Assembly (NCBI RefSeq): GCF_009914755.1
Contig: NC_060945.1
From: the human T2T-CHM13v2.0 reference genome, Homo sapiens
Direction: 5' to 3' (one strand)
Length of the DNA stretch: 64,000 bases
Shown here one piece after another: positions 62,685 through 64,000 of the stretch (its first letter is position 1; each line of letters begins with the position of its first letter). Below the pieces are notes generated by a model. It was not told where the DNA came from and did no database searches. It saw nothing but the letters and a program-made list of their open reading frames with translations. The translations under genes and the position numbers were made by a program.

Positions 62685-62812
62685 AATTTTATAGCAGCAT
62701 CATTTACAGTAAAAAATTTAAAAAGAAATCCAGATATCTTCTAAGAGTCAAACAGACAAAGAAAATATGGTATATACACACAACAGAATATTATTTATCC
62801 TTAAAATGAATG
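62685..62812 (+). mobile_element. Ancient L1M ORF2 3' fragment
   Basis: TTTATAGCAGCATCATTTACAGT...AAGAAAATATGGTATATACACACAACAGAATATTAT resembles the end of ORF2. Confidence 0.6.
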
Positions 62813-62813
62813 T

Positions 62814-63843
62814 GGGGGGGAGGAGCCAAGAAGGCCGAATAGGAACAGCTCCGCTCTACAGCTCCCAGTGTGAGTGACGCAGAAGATGGGTGATTTCTGC
62901 ATTTCCAACTGAGGTACCAGGTTCAACTCACTGGGGAGTGCCAGACAGTAGGTGCAGGACAGTGGGTGCAGTGCACCGTGCATGAGCCGAAGCAGGGCAA
63001 GGCATTGCCTCACCAGCGAAGTGCAAGGGTTCAGGGAATTCCCTTTCCTAGTCAAAGAAAGTGGTGACAGATGGCATCTGGAAAATCGGGTCACTCCCAA
63101 CCTAACACTGCACTTTTCCAACAGGCTTAAAAAATGTCACACCAGGAGATTATATCCTGCACCTGGCTCAGAGAGTCCTACGTCTACAGAGCCTCACTCA
63201 TTGCTAGCACAGCAGTCTAAGATGAAACTGCAAAGTGGCAGTGAGGCTGGGGGAGGTACGCCCGCCATTGCTAAGGCATGAGTAGGTAAACAAAGTGGCC
63301 AGGAAGCGGGAACTGGGTGGAGCCCACCACAGCTCAAGGAGGCCTGCCTGCCTCTGTAGGCTCCACCTCTGGGGACAGGGCACAGACAAACAAAAAGACA
63401 GCAGTAACCGCTGCAGACTTAAATATCCCTCTCTGACAGCTTTGAAGAGTGTAGTGGTTCTCCCAGCTTGCAGCTTGAGATCTGAGAATGGACAGACTGC
63501 CTCCTCAAGTGGGTCTCTGACTCCTGAGTAGCCTAACTGGGAGGCACCCCCCAGTATGGTTGGACTGAAACCTCACACAGCCTGGTACTCTTTTGAGACA
63601 AAATTTCCAGAGGAACAATCAGGCAGCAGCATCTGCGGTTCACCAATATCCGCTGTTCTGCAGTGAGAGCTGCTGATAAGCAGGCAAACAGGGTCTTGAA
63701 TGGACCTCCAGTAAACTCCAACAGACCTGCAGCTGAGGGTACCGACTGTTAGAAGGAAAACTAACAAACAGAAAGGACATTCACACCAAAAACCCATCTG
63801 TACATCACCATCATCAAAGCCCAAGTTAGATAAAACCACAAAG
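62814..63843 (+). promoter_or_regulatory. L1 5'UTR internal sense/antisense promoter (decayed)
   Basis: Recognisable L1PA 5'UTR. YY1 core mutated (CAAGATGGCC to CAAGAAGGCC at 62832); many CpG>TpG changes; retains the ~129-bp segment at 63590-63717. Confidence 0.75.
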
Positions 63844-64000
63844 ATGGGAAACAAATAGAGCAGAAAAACTGGAAACTCTAAACTTCAGAACACCTCTCCA
63901 CCTCCAAAGGAACACAGCTCCTCACCAGCAATGGAACAAAGCTGGATGGAGAATGACTTCGATGAGTTGAGAGAAGAAGGCTTCAGATGATCAAACTTCT
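63844..64000 (+). pseudogene. L1 ORF1p N-terminus, disabled
   Basis: ATG GGA AAC AAA TAG: stop at codon 5 where the consensus is CAG. Downstream ATGGAACAAAGCTGGATGGAGAATGACTT matches ORF1. Confidence 0.88.

Larger units (their letters stand above)
62814..64000 (+). mobile_element. 5' end of a 5'-complete L1PA4-like element (5'UTR plus ORF1 start), running off the window
   Basis: GGGGGGGAGGAGCCAAG..GGCCGAATAGGAACAGCTC start, preceded by TT/AAAA at 62801-62806; ~1030-nt 5'UTR; ORF1 ATG at 63844. Confidence 0.92.

Noticed and set aside
63204-63389. Antisense 61-aa ORF as L1 ORF0
   Set aside because: Different frame; true ORF0 starts at 63268 and stops after 24 codons.

Overview
Primate pericentromeric DNA, very probably human because it carries an AluYa5. 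Positions 1-57812 are diverged, monomeric-type alpha satellite (~171-bp units). They carry the A-type/pJalpha box, and I found no CENP-B box by eye. The array has two strand switches (~7630 and ~20566). Its monomer subtypes are arranged roughly as A-B-C-B-A(-D), with many local multi-monomer duplications. One AluYa5 and four L1PA2/PA3-like inserts interrupt it; two of the L1s show twin-priming 5' inversions and one is flanked by a 144-bp duplication. At ~57812 the satellite ends abruptly. It is followed by ~0.9 kb of unrecognised sequence, old Alu/L1 fragments and the 5' end of an L1PA4-like element. No host protein-coding gene is supported; the ORF track is spurious satellite frames plus broken L1 frames. 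I see no new protein-based system. The interesting signals are structural: nested satellite layers resembling a relic centromere, and unusual retrotransposition scars. Subfamily calls rest on remembered consensus diagnostics and counts were made by eye.
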